The notes under the pieces are model-generated. The model saw only the letters and a list, made by a program, of their open reading frames with translations. It searched no databases and was not told the DNA's origin. From assembly GCA_963785235.1 (NCBI GenBank), contig CAWAUM010000001.1:352001-416000 (forward strand): a DNA stretch of 64,000 nucleotides, given 5' to 3'. Positions within the stretch are counted from its first letter, which is position 1. Each line of letters begins with the position of its first letter. The stretch comes from an uncultured delta proteobacterium. GTDB taxonomy: Bacteria; Desulfobacterota; Desulfomonilia; UBA1062. Below, in pieces: positions 22,125 through 33,163 of the stretch. Made by a program: the position numbers and the translations under genes.

Positions 22125-23597
22125 ATGAAGCGCCAATCTCTTCTGCGTTCCCTCATCTTCCTGGTCGTCTGCATCCTGGCAGCATCGGATTACACCCAGG
22201 CATACGCTTATTCGGTCCGCAAGGCAGCCTATGCAGGCAGGTTCTACCCGGCATCGAGCGAAGAGCTCACAAAGACCATTGCACAGTTCACCCGGGCTGC
22301 CCAGTCGTCCCCGGTCAGGTTTCCCAAAGACAAACAGCTCAGGGCCCTCATACTCCCCCACGCAGGGTATGTCTATTCGGGGCAGACAGCCGCTTATTCG
22401 GCACCGGTCCTTTCAGGCAGGCATTTTTCCAAGGTGATTGTCATGGGTCCGGACCACAGGGTCGGCTTCCCCGGCGCATCCGTGAGCACTGCCGACGCGT
22501 ATGAGACCCCGCTCGGCACCATCAGGCTCTCCGAAGATGCCTCACGGCTCAGAAAGACCGGCTGGCCGTTCACCTGCAATGCCGCATCCGATGAGGCCGA
22601 GCATTCCGTGGAGGTGGTCCTGCCGTTTCTCCAGACCTATATCAAGGAATTCTCACTAATCCCCGTGGTCATGGGCCCGGGTGATATCAATGTATATGTA
22701 AAGGCCTTTCTGCCCCTCGTGGATGACAACACCCTGCTGGTGGCAAGCTCCGACCTTTCGCACTACCTGCCCCAGGATGCTGCAAAGGTGAGGGACACTT
22801 CTACCATCGACATGATACGGCAGCTCAAGGGCGAGGGACTCACATCTGAGAGCAACAGGGCATGCGGTGCCATACCCATACGGGTGATCCTGGAGTTTGC
22901 CCGCAAAAACAAGTGGGAACCTGTTCTGCTTCATTATGCAACGAGCGGCGATGCGGTCGGTGAGTATGGCAGGGTGGTGGGGTATGCAGCAATCGCCTTT
23001 TTTGGAGGACAAGCCATGGACAAGCACTTTACCAAGGAACAGGGCATGGCCCTGGTGGCACTTGCACGCAGGACCATACAGGAGAACCTGGGTGAGCAGG
23101 CCCCGGCAAACCCGAAGCTTGCCGAGGCCCTTGCTGATGAGGCGCTCAAGGTCAAGGCCGGGACCTTTGTGACGCTGACCATGAAAGGCCAGCTCAGGGG
23201 GTGCATCGGCAGCCTTGAGGCCAGGGAACCCCTGGTGGAAGGCGTCAAGCACAATGCCCTCAATGCTGCCTTCAGGGACCCGCGGTTTTCAGCCCTGACA
23301 AAAAAGGAGCTGGCGAACGTCCATGTGGAGGTGAGCATCCTCACCGAGGCGAAACCCCTGGCCTATACCGATTCCAAAGACCTGCTGAAAAAGCTCAGGC
23401 CGGGCGTCGACGGGCTTATCATCAGACAGGGTTTAGCCGGGGCCACCTTCCTGCCCCAGGTGTGGGAGCAGCTCCCGGACAAGGAGGAGTTCCTGGCCCA
23501 TTTGTGCATGAAGGCGGGCTTGAGCCCTGATGAATGGAAGAAAGGCAAACTCGAGGTCCAGACCTACCAGGTTCAGTATTTTGAAGAGGGGAAATAA
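22125..23597 (+). CDS. amrB: AmmeMemoRadiSam protein B (MEMO1-like) fused to protein A (AMMECR1), with N-terminal signal peptide
   Basis: AGRFYP, PHAGYVYSG, GPDH, EHSVEV, SSDLSHY, ACG, VVGY; then GTFVTL...LRGCIG, AAFRDPRF, EVSILT, ATFLPQVW, LCMKAG. Confidence 0.92.
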   Translation: MKRQSLLRSLIFLVVCILAASDYTQAYAYSVRKAAYAGRFYPASSEELTKTIAQFTRAAQSSPVRFPKDKQLRALILPHAGYVYSGQTAAYSAPVLSGRHFSKVIVMGPDHRVGFPGASVSTADAYETPLGTIRLSEDASRLRKTGWPFTCNAASDEAEHSVEVVLPFLQTYIKEFSLIPVVMGPGDINVYVKAFLPLVDDNTLLVASSDLSHYLPQDAAKVRDTSTIDMIRQLKGEGLTSESNRACGAIPIRVILEFARKNKWEPVLLHYATSGDAVGEYGRVVGYAAIAFFGGQAMDKHFTKEQGMALVALARRTIQENLGEQAPANPKLAEALADEALKVKAGTFVTLTMKGQLRGCIGSLEAREPLVEGVKHNALNAAFRDPRFSALTKKELANVHVEVSILTEAKPLAYTDSKDLLKKLRPGVDGLIIRQGLAGATFLPQVWEQLPDKEEFLAHLCMKAGLSPDEWKKGKLEVQTYQVQYFEEGK

Positions 23598-25713
23598 TCG
23601 CCCAGTCCTGTTCAGCGTCTTAGCAGCCGGCATTTCCTCGGTTGTGGCGCAACTCATATTCATCCGGGAATTCCTGGCCGGTTTCGAAGGAAACGAGTTC
23701 GTCATCGCCCTGATCCTCCTCACCTGGCTGATGTCGACCGGCATGGGCTCGCTCATGGCGCTGTATCTCCAAAGGAGCGCCGGCGGGGCGTCTGTAAAGG
23801 CCCTGGGCCTGATGGCAATAGTACTCGCCGTGCTTCCCACCGTGCTGATCCTCATGGAGAGATTTATACGGAACACCCTTTGGGTTCAGGGTGCTTCCGT
23901 GGGGTTTTACCCGACCCTGGCCTTTGTCTTCGGAACCATCGCGCCTTATGCCCTCCTCATAGGAATCTTCTTTCCCTACAGTCTCTTCGTCCTCAGGTCG
24001 GTCTTACAGACATACCCGGCATCAATGGTTTATGCCATGGACTCTCTCGGGGCTGCAGCCGGTGGGGCGGCCTTCTCCCTTGCACTGGTCCATCTCCTCA
24101 CGCCCTTTGGGACGCTTCTGGCAGTGAACATCATCCTCATTGCAGCCTCGTGCCTCCTCCTGGTCTTTGCCGGGATGAACAGGGAGCTCATTGCAGCCCT
24201 GGTGGTTGCGGCAGCAGCCGTTCATGGGGCGGGTATGGCTCTGGAGAAGGACTCGCTGGGGCCAATGTCAGGCAAGCTCATCTCATACCGGGAATCCTTT
24301 TTCGGGAGGATAACCATCACCAGGGATCAGGAACTCTATACGGTTTTTGTGGACGGGGTCCCGGCCCTTTCAGGTCAGAACGTGAATATTGCAGAGGAAG
24401 CCAGCCACTATGCCCTCAGCCAGCTCAAAAGCGTCAGAAAAGTGCTGCTTGTCTCTTCGGTACCCGGGATCGCTGGATGAGATTAGGAAGTACCGGCCTG
24501 AAGAAATCGACTATGCCCAGCTCGATCCCTATCTGAGCGAGGTCGAAATGAGGTTGGGACTTGTCAAACCCGTACAAGGACTCCGGGTTATCGCCGAAGA
24601 CGGCCGGGCATACCTGAAGCGTACGGACAAGAAGTATGACGCCATCCTCGTGAACTACCCCGAGCCCAAGACCTTCCAGACAAACAGATATTTCACCGAA
24701 GAATTCATGCGGCTGGCCAAGGCCCACCTGAACCAGGGAGGCGTGCTGAGTTTCTCGGTGGAAGGCTACGAGAGTTATCTGTCCGCCACGGCGCGCTCTC
24801 AGGCGTCTTCGCTGTACAATACTGCTTCGGCAGTGTTTTCCCACGTGCTTATCCTTCCGGGACAGAGGATATATTTTATCACAAGCGATAGCCCATTAAG
24901 CAAGGATATCCCCGGACTCCTTGCAGGCAAGGGAATCAAGACAGATTACATCGGGTATTACTTCTCGGGCGACGTCAGCCAGGACAGGATGAGCAGCCTC
25001 ATGAAACTCCTGGATCCCCATGCACCCAGGAATACTGATCTGAAGCCCTATATCATGAGGGTTGCCCATGAGGGATGGTTTGCAAAGTACTCATCGTATC
25101 CTCTTGTTTTCTTTATAGCCCTGGCCTGCTTCTTTACCATGTACCTTACCCGTTTGCGGCAAGAGGAATTCGTCTTGTTCACCACGGGATTCGTAAACAT
25201 GGGCAGCGAGATTATCACCATCTTCAGCTTCCAGATCCTCTTGGGTTTCCTCTATATGAAGATCAGCCTTATCATAACGGTCTTCCTGGCCGGTCTCATC
25301 CCGGGAATACTCTTTGGCCGGCGCTATAAAGGGAGCATCAGGCAAAGTCTTATCATTTCCGATGGCCTTTTGGTGCTGCTCCTGATCATGTTCTTAGGCC
25401 TTCTCATTACATTCTCCCAGGGATTGAACGGGTTGTTCTTCTATTCCTTTGCCTTTCTCATTTCCGGTCTGTGCGGGTTCCAGTTTCCCCTGGTGGCAGG
25501 GGCTCACGGCGGACGGCAACACCGTTGCTGCCCGGGCATTTTCCGTGGACCTTGTGGGGGCGGCCCTGGGCATTATCCTGCTGAGCGCCCTGATCATCCC
25601 TGTCTTCGGAATTATTGTTGCCTGCACGGTCTTGATCGCAATCAAGCTTGCGAGTATTATTATCCAAATAAGCCATGGCAAAGATCACTCGGAGGAGCAT
25701 TCCTTCGTTCTAG
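23581..25713 (+). CDS. Membrane spermidine-synthase-like protein (TM bundle - SAM-MTase-like domain - TM bundle); frameshifts near 24470, 25500 and 25696
   Basis: AQLIFIREFL..FEGNE N-terminal pattern, DGRAYL, YDAILVNYPEP, NRYFTEEF; assembled from ORFs 23530-24480, 24389-25930 and 25449-25745; TTG start overlaps the amrBA stop. Confidence 0.75.
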
Positions 25714-26854
25714 TATGGCGCTTTGCATCGCCGGCACCACGCTGAATTGCTGGCCGGGATTTGTCCGGTGTGCCTTTGCGAACCCTTTGGCCGACATCAA
25801 GGGCAGTATCTTTAAAGGCGATGCCCCAAGCGGCTCTGGAGATATTCGAAAGAGGGGATGTTCTACCAGAAAAGTTATGGAAACAAGGTGGCCTGCCTGG
25901 TCTGCCCCAACCACTGCGAGCTCTCGGTAGGCGACAGGAGCGTATGCCGCTCCAAGGTGAACCTCGGAGGGAAACTTTACAGCATTGCCTATGGGAACCC
26001 CTGTTCCGCCACAATTGATCCTATCGAGAAAAAGCCGCTGTTCCACTTCAAACCACGAACAAGGGCCTTCTCCATTGCCACAGCCGGTTGCAATCTGAGG
26101 TGCCTTAACTGCCAGAACTGGGAGATCTCCCAATCCAGGCCCGAGGATATGAGCACGTCTGAGCTTTTCCCCCTGAAGTGATAAAGGCTGCCCGCGCATC
26201 CGGATCGGCCAGTATTGCCTACACCTATTCCGAGCCCATCTCTTTTTATGAATACATGTTCGACACTGCGCCTGGAAGCACGAAAAAACGGCATTGCAAA
26301 CCTCATGATCACCAACGGCTACATCAACACCGAGCCTCTGAACAAGCTCTGCACGGTTCTCGACGGGGCCAATGTCAACCTCAAGTCATTTTCCGACGAT
26401 ATCTACCGAAGGCTCAACGGCGGCAGGCTCGACCCGGTCCTGACAACCGTGAAGACGCTCCACGAGCGCGCCGTCCACATGGAGATCACGAACCTCCTGG
26501 TGCCCGGCTATACCGACAACGAGGACATGGTGAAACACATGTGCTCCTGGATCCTGAAGAACGTGGGGCCCGATCATCCGCTCCACTTCCTGCGGTTTTT
26601 CCCCAAATACAAGCTCGACCGGCTGGCGCCAACGCCCATCTCCACGCTGACCCGTTTCCGGGATGTCGCCATGAAGGAAGGCATCAGGTACGTATATGTG
26701 GGAAATGTCGCTGGGCACGAAGGGAACAACACCTACTGCCATTCCTGCGGCAAACTCCTCCTGGAGCGCAAGGGGTATTTCATCTCGACCTACAATCTTG
26801 ATGGGAGCAGGTGCAGATTCTGCAAGGACCGTAGTACCGGGGGTGTGGGGGTGA
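25675..26854 (+). CDS. amrS: AmmeMemoRadiSam radical SAM enzyme with N-terminal Tat signal; about five frameshifts
   Basis: CLVCPNHC, DPIEKKPLFHF, GCNLRCLNCQNWEISQ (CxxxCxxC), IAYTYSEP, ITNGY, EITNL, YVYVGNV, CHSC/CRFC, terminal PGVWG*. Confidence 0.88.
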
Positions 26855-26892
26855 TGGTCGTTCATGAAACGACTGAATAGGCTGTTCTTTAT

Positions 26893-27067
26893 CCCGGATT
26901 ATGCGTTTAAGATGAGTAAAAAAACTTGATCCGTTAAAAACACTCAATCTTGCAGCCTTTGCGGGATGCTGATTTTCTCGGTCCTTCAAGGCTGCAAGAT
27001 TGAGGTTTTTAACGGACCTATTTTAAAAACAATTCCATGGTCACTATGAGTGTTCATGCTTAAGGCC
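26893..27067 (-). repeat. Palindromic repeat element, copy 2 (stem 26930-26959/26988-27016, one bulge)
   Basis: Reverse complement aligns with copies 1 and 3 across flanks, stem and loop. Confidence 0.9.
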
Positions 27068-27118
27068 ACCTGAAGTGCATAGAGTATGTATGGGTACATT
27101 CAATCGCAAAATCAGGAT

Positions 27119-30100
27119 TTATGCATGCACATGTCCGGCGAGGTATCCGCGTATCACCCTTTGAAGCTTGTCGAGATAGATGTAGGTCACAGGGGTGATG
27201 TAGAGCGTCACGATCTGGGAAAAGACAAGCCCGCCCACCACGGCAAGCCCCAGCGGGCGTCTGGATTCTCCGCCTGCACCCAGGCCGATGGCTATGGGGA
27301 GCGTGGCCATGAGGGCGGACATGGTGGTCATCATGATGGGCCGAAACGGATGAGTGCGCCCTGAAAGATCGCCTCCTCCGGGCTCTTCCCCTCCTTCCTC
27401 TCTGCATCCAGGGCAAAATCGATCATCATGATGGCATTTTTCTTCACGATCCCGATGAGCATGATGATCCCCACCAGGGCATACAGATTGAGATCAATCC
27501 GGAAGATGAGCAGGGTCACGAGCGCGCCGATGCCTGCCGAGGGCAGTCCTGAAAGGATGGTCAGCGGATGGATGAAGCTCTCGTAGAGGATGCCGAGAAC
27601 CACATAGATAACCAGTATGGCCACCAGGATCAGCACGCCCAGGCCCACCATGGATGATTCAAAGGCCTGTGCCGTACCCTGGAGGCTGCCGGTAACGGTG
27701 TCGGGCAGGATAGTGTTCGCGGCCTTTTCCACCTCATTCAGTGCGTCACCCAGTGCCTTGCCCGGGGCCAGGTTGAAGGACAGGGTTACGGCGGGGAGCT
27801 GTCCCAGGTGGTTGACGGACATGGGTCCCACGGTGCGATCCAGGTTCACTACCGTACTGAGAGGGACCAGGGTGCCGGTAGCGGACCGGATATAGAGCAG
27901 CGAGAGTGCCGATGGGTCTGCCTGATACTGCTGCTGCGAGCTCCATGATGACCTGGTAGTCGTTATTGGGGGCATAGATGGTGGATACCTGGCGGGAGGA
28001 GTACGCGCTCGCCGAGGGCCTGTTCTATCTGGAGCACGCTGAAGCCCAGGGCTGAGGCCTTGTCCCGGTTGATGCTGACGGTTATTTGCGGGTTCTTGAG
28101 CTGGAGATCGCTCGTCACATCCTGGAAGCCCGGCAGGTCCTTCAGCCTGGCCTCCAGCAGGGGCGCATACCGATACAGTTCGCTGATATCCGGGCCCTGG
28201 AGGGCGTACTGGTACTGGCTCTTGGTTTGATACCCGCCGATGCGTATGGGCGGCGGGTTCTGCAGATAGGTCTGGATGCCGGGTATGGTGGCGAGCTTGG
28301 GCCTGAGGCCCTGGATGATCTCGTCAGCGCTCTTGCTGCGCTCGCTGCGCGGTTTCAGCCGGAGCATCAAGCCGCCCGTGTTGGACGAACTGCTGCCGCC
28401 GCCCCCGCCCACGCGTGACATGACGATATCCACATTTTCGGTCCTGCTGCACAATGCGGGAAACCTTGTTCTGGTAGACCTTCATGGCCTCGAACGATGT
28501 GCCCTGGGCCGCTTCTGTTGATCCGGTGATCTGGCCTGTATCGGCGCTCGGGAGGAACCCCTTGGGCATGACCACATAGAGGTAGACGACCCCTGCCAGG
28601 AAAAGAAAGGATACCATAAGGGTTGAGCGCCGGTGATGCAGTACCCATTGAAGGCTTTTTTCATACATGCTGAGCATACCGCTGAAAAAACGCTCGGATA
28701 CCTGGTAGGCCTTGCCATGCTGCTCTAAGCCTGCAGGGTCGAAGCATGATGCTGCAGAGCATCGGCGTAAGGCTCAGGGACACGAACCCGGAGATCAGGA
28801 CGGCAACTACAATGGTTACGGCAAATTCATTGAGCAATCTGCCTATGATGCCGCCCATGAAGAGCACCGGGATAAAAACGGCCACCAGGGAGAGCGTCAT
28901 GGATATGATGGTGAAGCTGATCTCCTTTGACCCGTTTAAGGCTGCATCACGCGGGCTCTCGCCATGCTCCATGTGCCGTACGATATTTTCCAGCATGACA
29001 ATGGCATCGTCCACGACAAAACCTACGCACAACGTGAGCGCCATGAGGGAAAGGTTATCAAGGTTGTATCCTGCCAGGTACATGACCGAGAAGGTCCCCA
29101 CGATGCGACATGGGCAGCGCCAGGCTGGGGATAATGGTTGCAGAGAGGTTCCGCAGGAAGAGAAAGATGACCAGGACCACCAGAACCAGCGCGACGAGCA
29201 GCGTGATCTGGACATCGTGGATGGATTCCTTGATGGATGGCGGACCGGTCGTACATGATGTTCAGGCTCATGGATGCAGGGATCAGGGCCTTATAGCTCG
29301 GGAGGATATCTTTGATGGACTGTACTACCGCTACCGTGTTGGTGCCCGGCTGGCGCTGGATGGCAAGGACTATTGCCCGTTCGTTGTTGAGCCATGAGGC
29401 AGCCTTGTCATTTTCGACACTGTCGATTATCCGGCCCAGGTCGCCAAGCCGTACCGGCGATCCATTCCGGTAGGCGACGATCAGCGGCCGGTAGGCATCG
29501 GCGTTTTTGAGCTGTCCTTCACGTCTGGACCGTGAATGCCTTGTATTTGCCCCACAGCGTGCCTGTGGGAAGGTTGGCATTGCCGGATTCAATGGCGTCG
29601 GACACTTCATTGATCCCGACTGACCTGGTGGCAAGGGCCTTGGGGTCGAGCTGGACCCGGACGGCATATTTCTGTGACCCATATACCCCCACTTCCGCCA
29701 CGCCGTTGATCATGGAGATCCGTTTCGCAAGGAGATTTTCCGCATATTCGTCTACCGTGGTCAACGGCAGGGTCGAAGATGTCAGCGCAATAAAGAGGAT
29801 AGGTGACTCTGCCGGGTTCACCTTCCTGAAGCTCGGGGGCGACGGCATGTCCTCGGGCAGGTGACGCGTGGCCGACGAAATGGCTGTCTGGACGTCCTGG
29901 GCCGCTGCGTCTATGTTCCGGTTGAGATTGAACTGCAGGGTGATCTGGGTGCTCCCCTGTGAGCTCGATGAGGTCATGGAATCGATGCCGGCGATATTGG
30001 AAAACTCCTTTTCCAGCGGTGTTGCAACGGAGGAGGCCATGGTCTCCGGGCTTGCTCCCGGAAGGCTTGCAGATACACGGATGGTGGGGAAATCCACATT

Positions 30101-30214
30101 GGGGAGCTCGCTGACGGGCAGCGCCCTGTAGGCAACAATGCCGAAGATGAGAAACGACATCATGACAAGGGTGGTCATGATGGGGCGCTCTATGAAGATA
30201 CGTGAGATGTTCAT
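27119..30214 (-). CDS. RND efflux permease (MdtB/MdtC-like), about eight frameshifts
   Basis: [69 protein letters not shown] distributed over several ORFs. Confidence 0.88.
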
Positions 30215-30234
30215 TCTCTTTCCCGGCTGCCTTG

Positions 30235-31347
30235 CTATTTCGAGGTTTTCATGATTACCTTGGCACCCGGGTTCAGCCGCATCTGACCGTCCGTAACGAT
30301 GCGCTCCCCTGGTTTAAGACCTTTTACGATCACGGTCTCGCCTTTGACTTCGCCTCCGATGGTAACCGGCCTCATTTCGGCCGCCAAATCAGGCCCGATG
30401 ACATAGACATATTGCCCTGTCTGCCCCTGCTCCACTGCCTGGGAGGGCACGAGTACCGCATCGCTCTGGACAGTGAGCGTCAATACGACATCGACAAACT
30501 GGCCCGGTACGAGGCGCTTCTCCTTGTTGGCAAAGGTCCCTTTGATGGTAATGGTCCCGGTGGTCCTGTCGATGGCATTGTCCACAAAGGTGAGTTCGCC
30601 GTTCTCGGGGCGTTCTTCTCCGGGGATGAAGGCTTCCACCGTGAGCGTTTTTTCCATGGAGTATTTCTTGACCCTTGGCAGGTCCTTTTCCACAACGGCA
30701 AAGGTGACGTATATCGGTTGGATCTGGTTGATGGTGAGGATTTCGGTGTCATCGGCCTTGACGATGTTCCCCTGATTCACCTTGAGCATGCCGGTCCGGC
30801 CGTCTATGGGGGAATAGATGGAACAGTACTGCATCAAGACGCGGTTGCTCTCTACAATGGCCTCGTCGGCCTTCAGCGTTGCCTTAAGGGCGTCGGCGTT
30901 TGCCTGGATCTGGTCGAATTGCTCTTTGGCCACATAGTCCTTCTTGATCAGGTCGGCATACCGGCGCACCTGTTCCTCGGCGTATCTCGCCTGGGCCTTG
31001 TCCCTTACAAGATTTGCCTGGGCCTGGGCGAGTGCGGCCTCATTCGTGCGGCAGTCCAGGGTGAGGAGAAGGTCCCCTTTTTTCACGTCCTGGCCTTCCT
31101 TGAAAAGGACCTTCGCGATCTGGGCCGTGATCTGGGTTCGCACCGAGATGGTCTGAAAGGCCTCCACCGAGCCAAAAGCATTCATCTGAATAGGTATGGT
31201 CTTCTGGACAGCAACGGCCACCACGACCGGCACGGATTTGTTTACGGGAGGTTTCTTCTTTGGCGAACAGGCATTCATAAAAACTGCTGTGATGCACAGC
31301 AAAAGCACACAGCAGACCATAATCCTTCTCATTATCTTATTCATCAT
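30235..31347 (-). CDS. RND efflux periplasmic adaptor (MdtA-like), lipoprotein
   Basis: FKEGQDVKKGDLL, SPIDGRTG, DNAIDRTTGTI, LVPGQFV; upstream of the RND permease. Confidence 0.92.
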   Translation of the reverse strand: MMNKIMRRIMVCCVLLLCITAVFMNACSPKKKPPVNKSVPVVVAVAVQKTIPIQMNAFGSVEAFQTISVRTQITAQIAKVLFKEGQDVKKGDLLLTLDCRTNEAALAQAQANLVRDKAQARYAEEQVRRYADLIKKDYVAKEQFDQIQANADALKATLKADEAIVESNRVLMQYCSIYSPIDGRTGMLKVNQGNIVKADDTEILTINQIQPIYVTFAVVEKDLPRVKKYSMEKTLTVEAFIPGEERPENGELTFVDNAIDRTTGTITIKGTFANKEKRLVPGQFVDVVLTLTVQSDAVLVPSQAVEQGQTGQYVYVIGPDLAAEMRPVTIGGEVKGETVIVKGLKPGERIVTDGQMRLNPGAKVIMKTSK

Positions 31348-31465
31348 AGTTAAATAATCTCACAAATGTTTTTTTAAAGAGCATGAATACATATTTTATT
31401 TTCCTAGTTAAACATGTTTCTTTACAGACGTATGAGGAAAATAATTTGTTTACCGTGTGTTCATG

Positions 31466-33088
31466 TCACTTTTTTTCACTGATCAAAGGGATCGAACAGG
31501 AAGTTATCTTCTCCTTGAGTTTTTCTGCGTCAAAGGGCTTGTGCATGAAATGATCCACACCTGCCTTACGGGCCAGATCTTCCTGAGAACGCTCGGATTC
31601 GGTGGTTATCATGATGATGGGAATGCCTGAAAAGACCGGGACGCTACGGACCTCTCTTGTAAATTCCACCCCATCCATAACCGGCATGTTCATATCGGTA
31701 ATAATCAGGTTGAAACGTTTGCCCGTTGCAATGATATCAAGGGCCTCCCGTCCGTTCAGTGCCGTGGTTATCTTCATGCCCAGGGATGCTGCCACGCTTT
31801 TATAGAAGTTAAGCATGGCCTTTGAATCATCCACGGCAAGGATAGTGATGCCTTCTCCTTCCACGCAGAGCCCCTGGAGGATATGCAGGTCGGCTTGCGC
31901 CCGGCCGGAATCCATTCCTGCTAATAGTTTTTTGTATTGTGCAAGATGCTCTCCATCTCCTGAGCCCTTGATCTCCTCGATCAGCATGGATGCAATGGCT
32001 TCATCGGCACCATAGAGCCCCTCAAAGATATTCAGGGTGCCGGAGGCGATAATTGCCTGTATAAGCATCTTGCCGTGGTCAGTGCCTTTCTTGATAAGCT
32101 CTATAATTTTATTCAGGATCCATTGGTTCATATGTAAACCGAGCGATGATATTACGGCCAGGAGGACCATCCGATCCGTTTCCATAAGTCCGTCAGCCAG
32201 GCAGACCAGGCCCGACATGCCGGGCGTACTGCCCAGGGCCTCATAGATTGCAAAACGGATATTGGGATGCGCGGCGCGGTTTGTGTCTAATGCCTTGATG
32301 AGGGCATCAGCTGCCTCTTTTGTCCCAATAAGGCCAAGGATGTTGGCTGCAAATATCTTGGAATCGACGCTGTCTGTCTGGAAAACCTTGTTGAGTGCTT
32401 CTATGGCCTCCAACCCCTTGTTGGAGAGCTCACTGTGAATCACCCTGCGTACACCGGGATTTGTGTGGTGGAGCATGGATATTAAATAGTCAATGGCATC
32501 CTTGCCCTGAAACGTGCTCAAGGTCTTGATGGCGCTGGCAGTCGGCAGATTGCACAGGCCATGAGAGGAATCCGCCTCTGCTTCGGTTATCATGCGGCGC
32601 ATACGTTCGAATGTCGGGGCGTCGTTCAATGCGCCAAGAATTTCAATGCACACAGATGATATCAGGGGGTCCTCATGGTCCACGTAATTTCTGAAGAGTT
32701 CAACAGACTTTTCCGGCTCTATCCGGGACAGTGCAGTGATAACCTCGAAGAGGGTTCTATAGTCTTTTCCGTCAGAGGCCTGCCTTGCAATAGTTTCCAA
32801 TACGGCTGCTGTGGAAGCGAATCTGTTCCGGCCTGCAACATCGATGCATATCTTCCGGACATCGCGGTTATCCGAGGTCAGGTAGCGGGCCGTGTACGCT
32901 TCACTGCTTGAAAACAGTTTCTTTAAGGTATCGCTCATTACCAGCACGATTGCTTCGTGCTTGGGTATCTTATCAAGGAGTGATATGATATCGGGGATGG
33001 AATCGTAGTCCTTTTTGGGGTCAAGTGATCCAAGAATAGACACCTGCTCCACAAAGTCCTTTGAATCGAAATCATGCAATCGGTTCAT
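31466..33088 (-). CDS. HEAT-repeat protein with C-terminal receiver domain
   Basis: Repeated HEAT-like helices (NIRFAIYEALG); C-terminal ILAVDD, TDMNMPVMDG, TTES, KPF. Confidence 0.85.
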   Translation of the reverse strand: MNRLHDFDSKDFVEQVSILGSLDPKKDYDSIPDIISLLDKIPKHEAIVLVMSDTLKKLFSSSEAYTARYLTSDNRDVRKICIDVAGRNRFASTAAVLETIARQASDGKDYRTLFEVITALSRIEPEKSVELFRNYVDHEDPLISSVCIEILGALNDAPTFERMRRMITEAEADSSHGLCNLPTASAIKTLSTFQGKDAIDYLISMLHHTNPGVRRVIHSELSNKGLEAIEALNKVFQTDSVDSKIFAANILGLIGTKEAADALIKALDTNRAAHPNIRFAIYEALGSTPGMSGLVCLADGLMETDRMVLLAVISSLGLHMNQWILNKIIELIKKGTDHGKMLIQAIIASGTLNIFEGLYGADEAIASMLIEEIKGSGDGEHLAQYKKLLAGMDSGRAQADLHILQGLCVEGEGITILAVDDSKAMLNFYKSVAASLGMKITTALNGREALDIIATGKRFNLIITDMNMPVMDGVEFTREVRSVPVFSGIPIIMITTESERSQEDLARKAGVDHFMHKPFDAEKLKEKITSCSIPLISEKK

Positions 33089-33163
33089 GTTTCCTCCGAT
33101 TTTTCCTTATTTTAACGCGAAATCCGGGATTAACCCTCATTCCTAACTCCTGATCCAAGTTTC

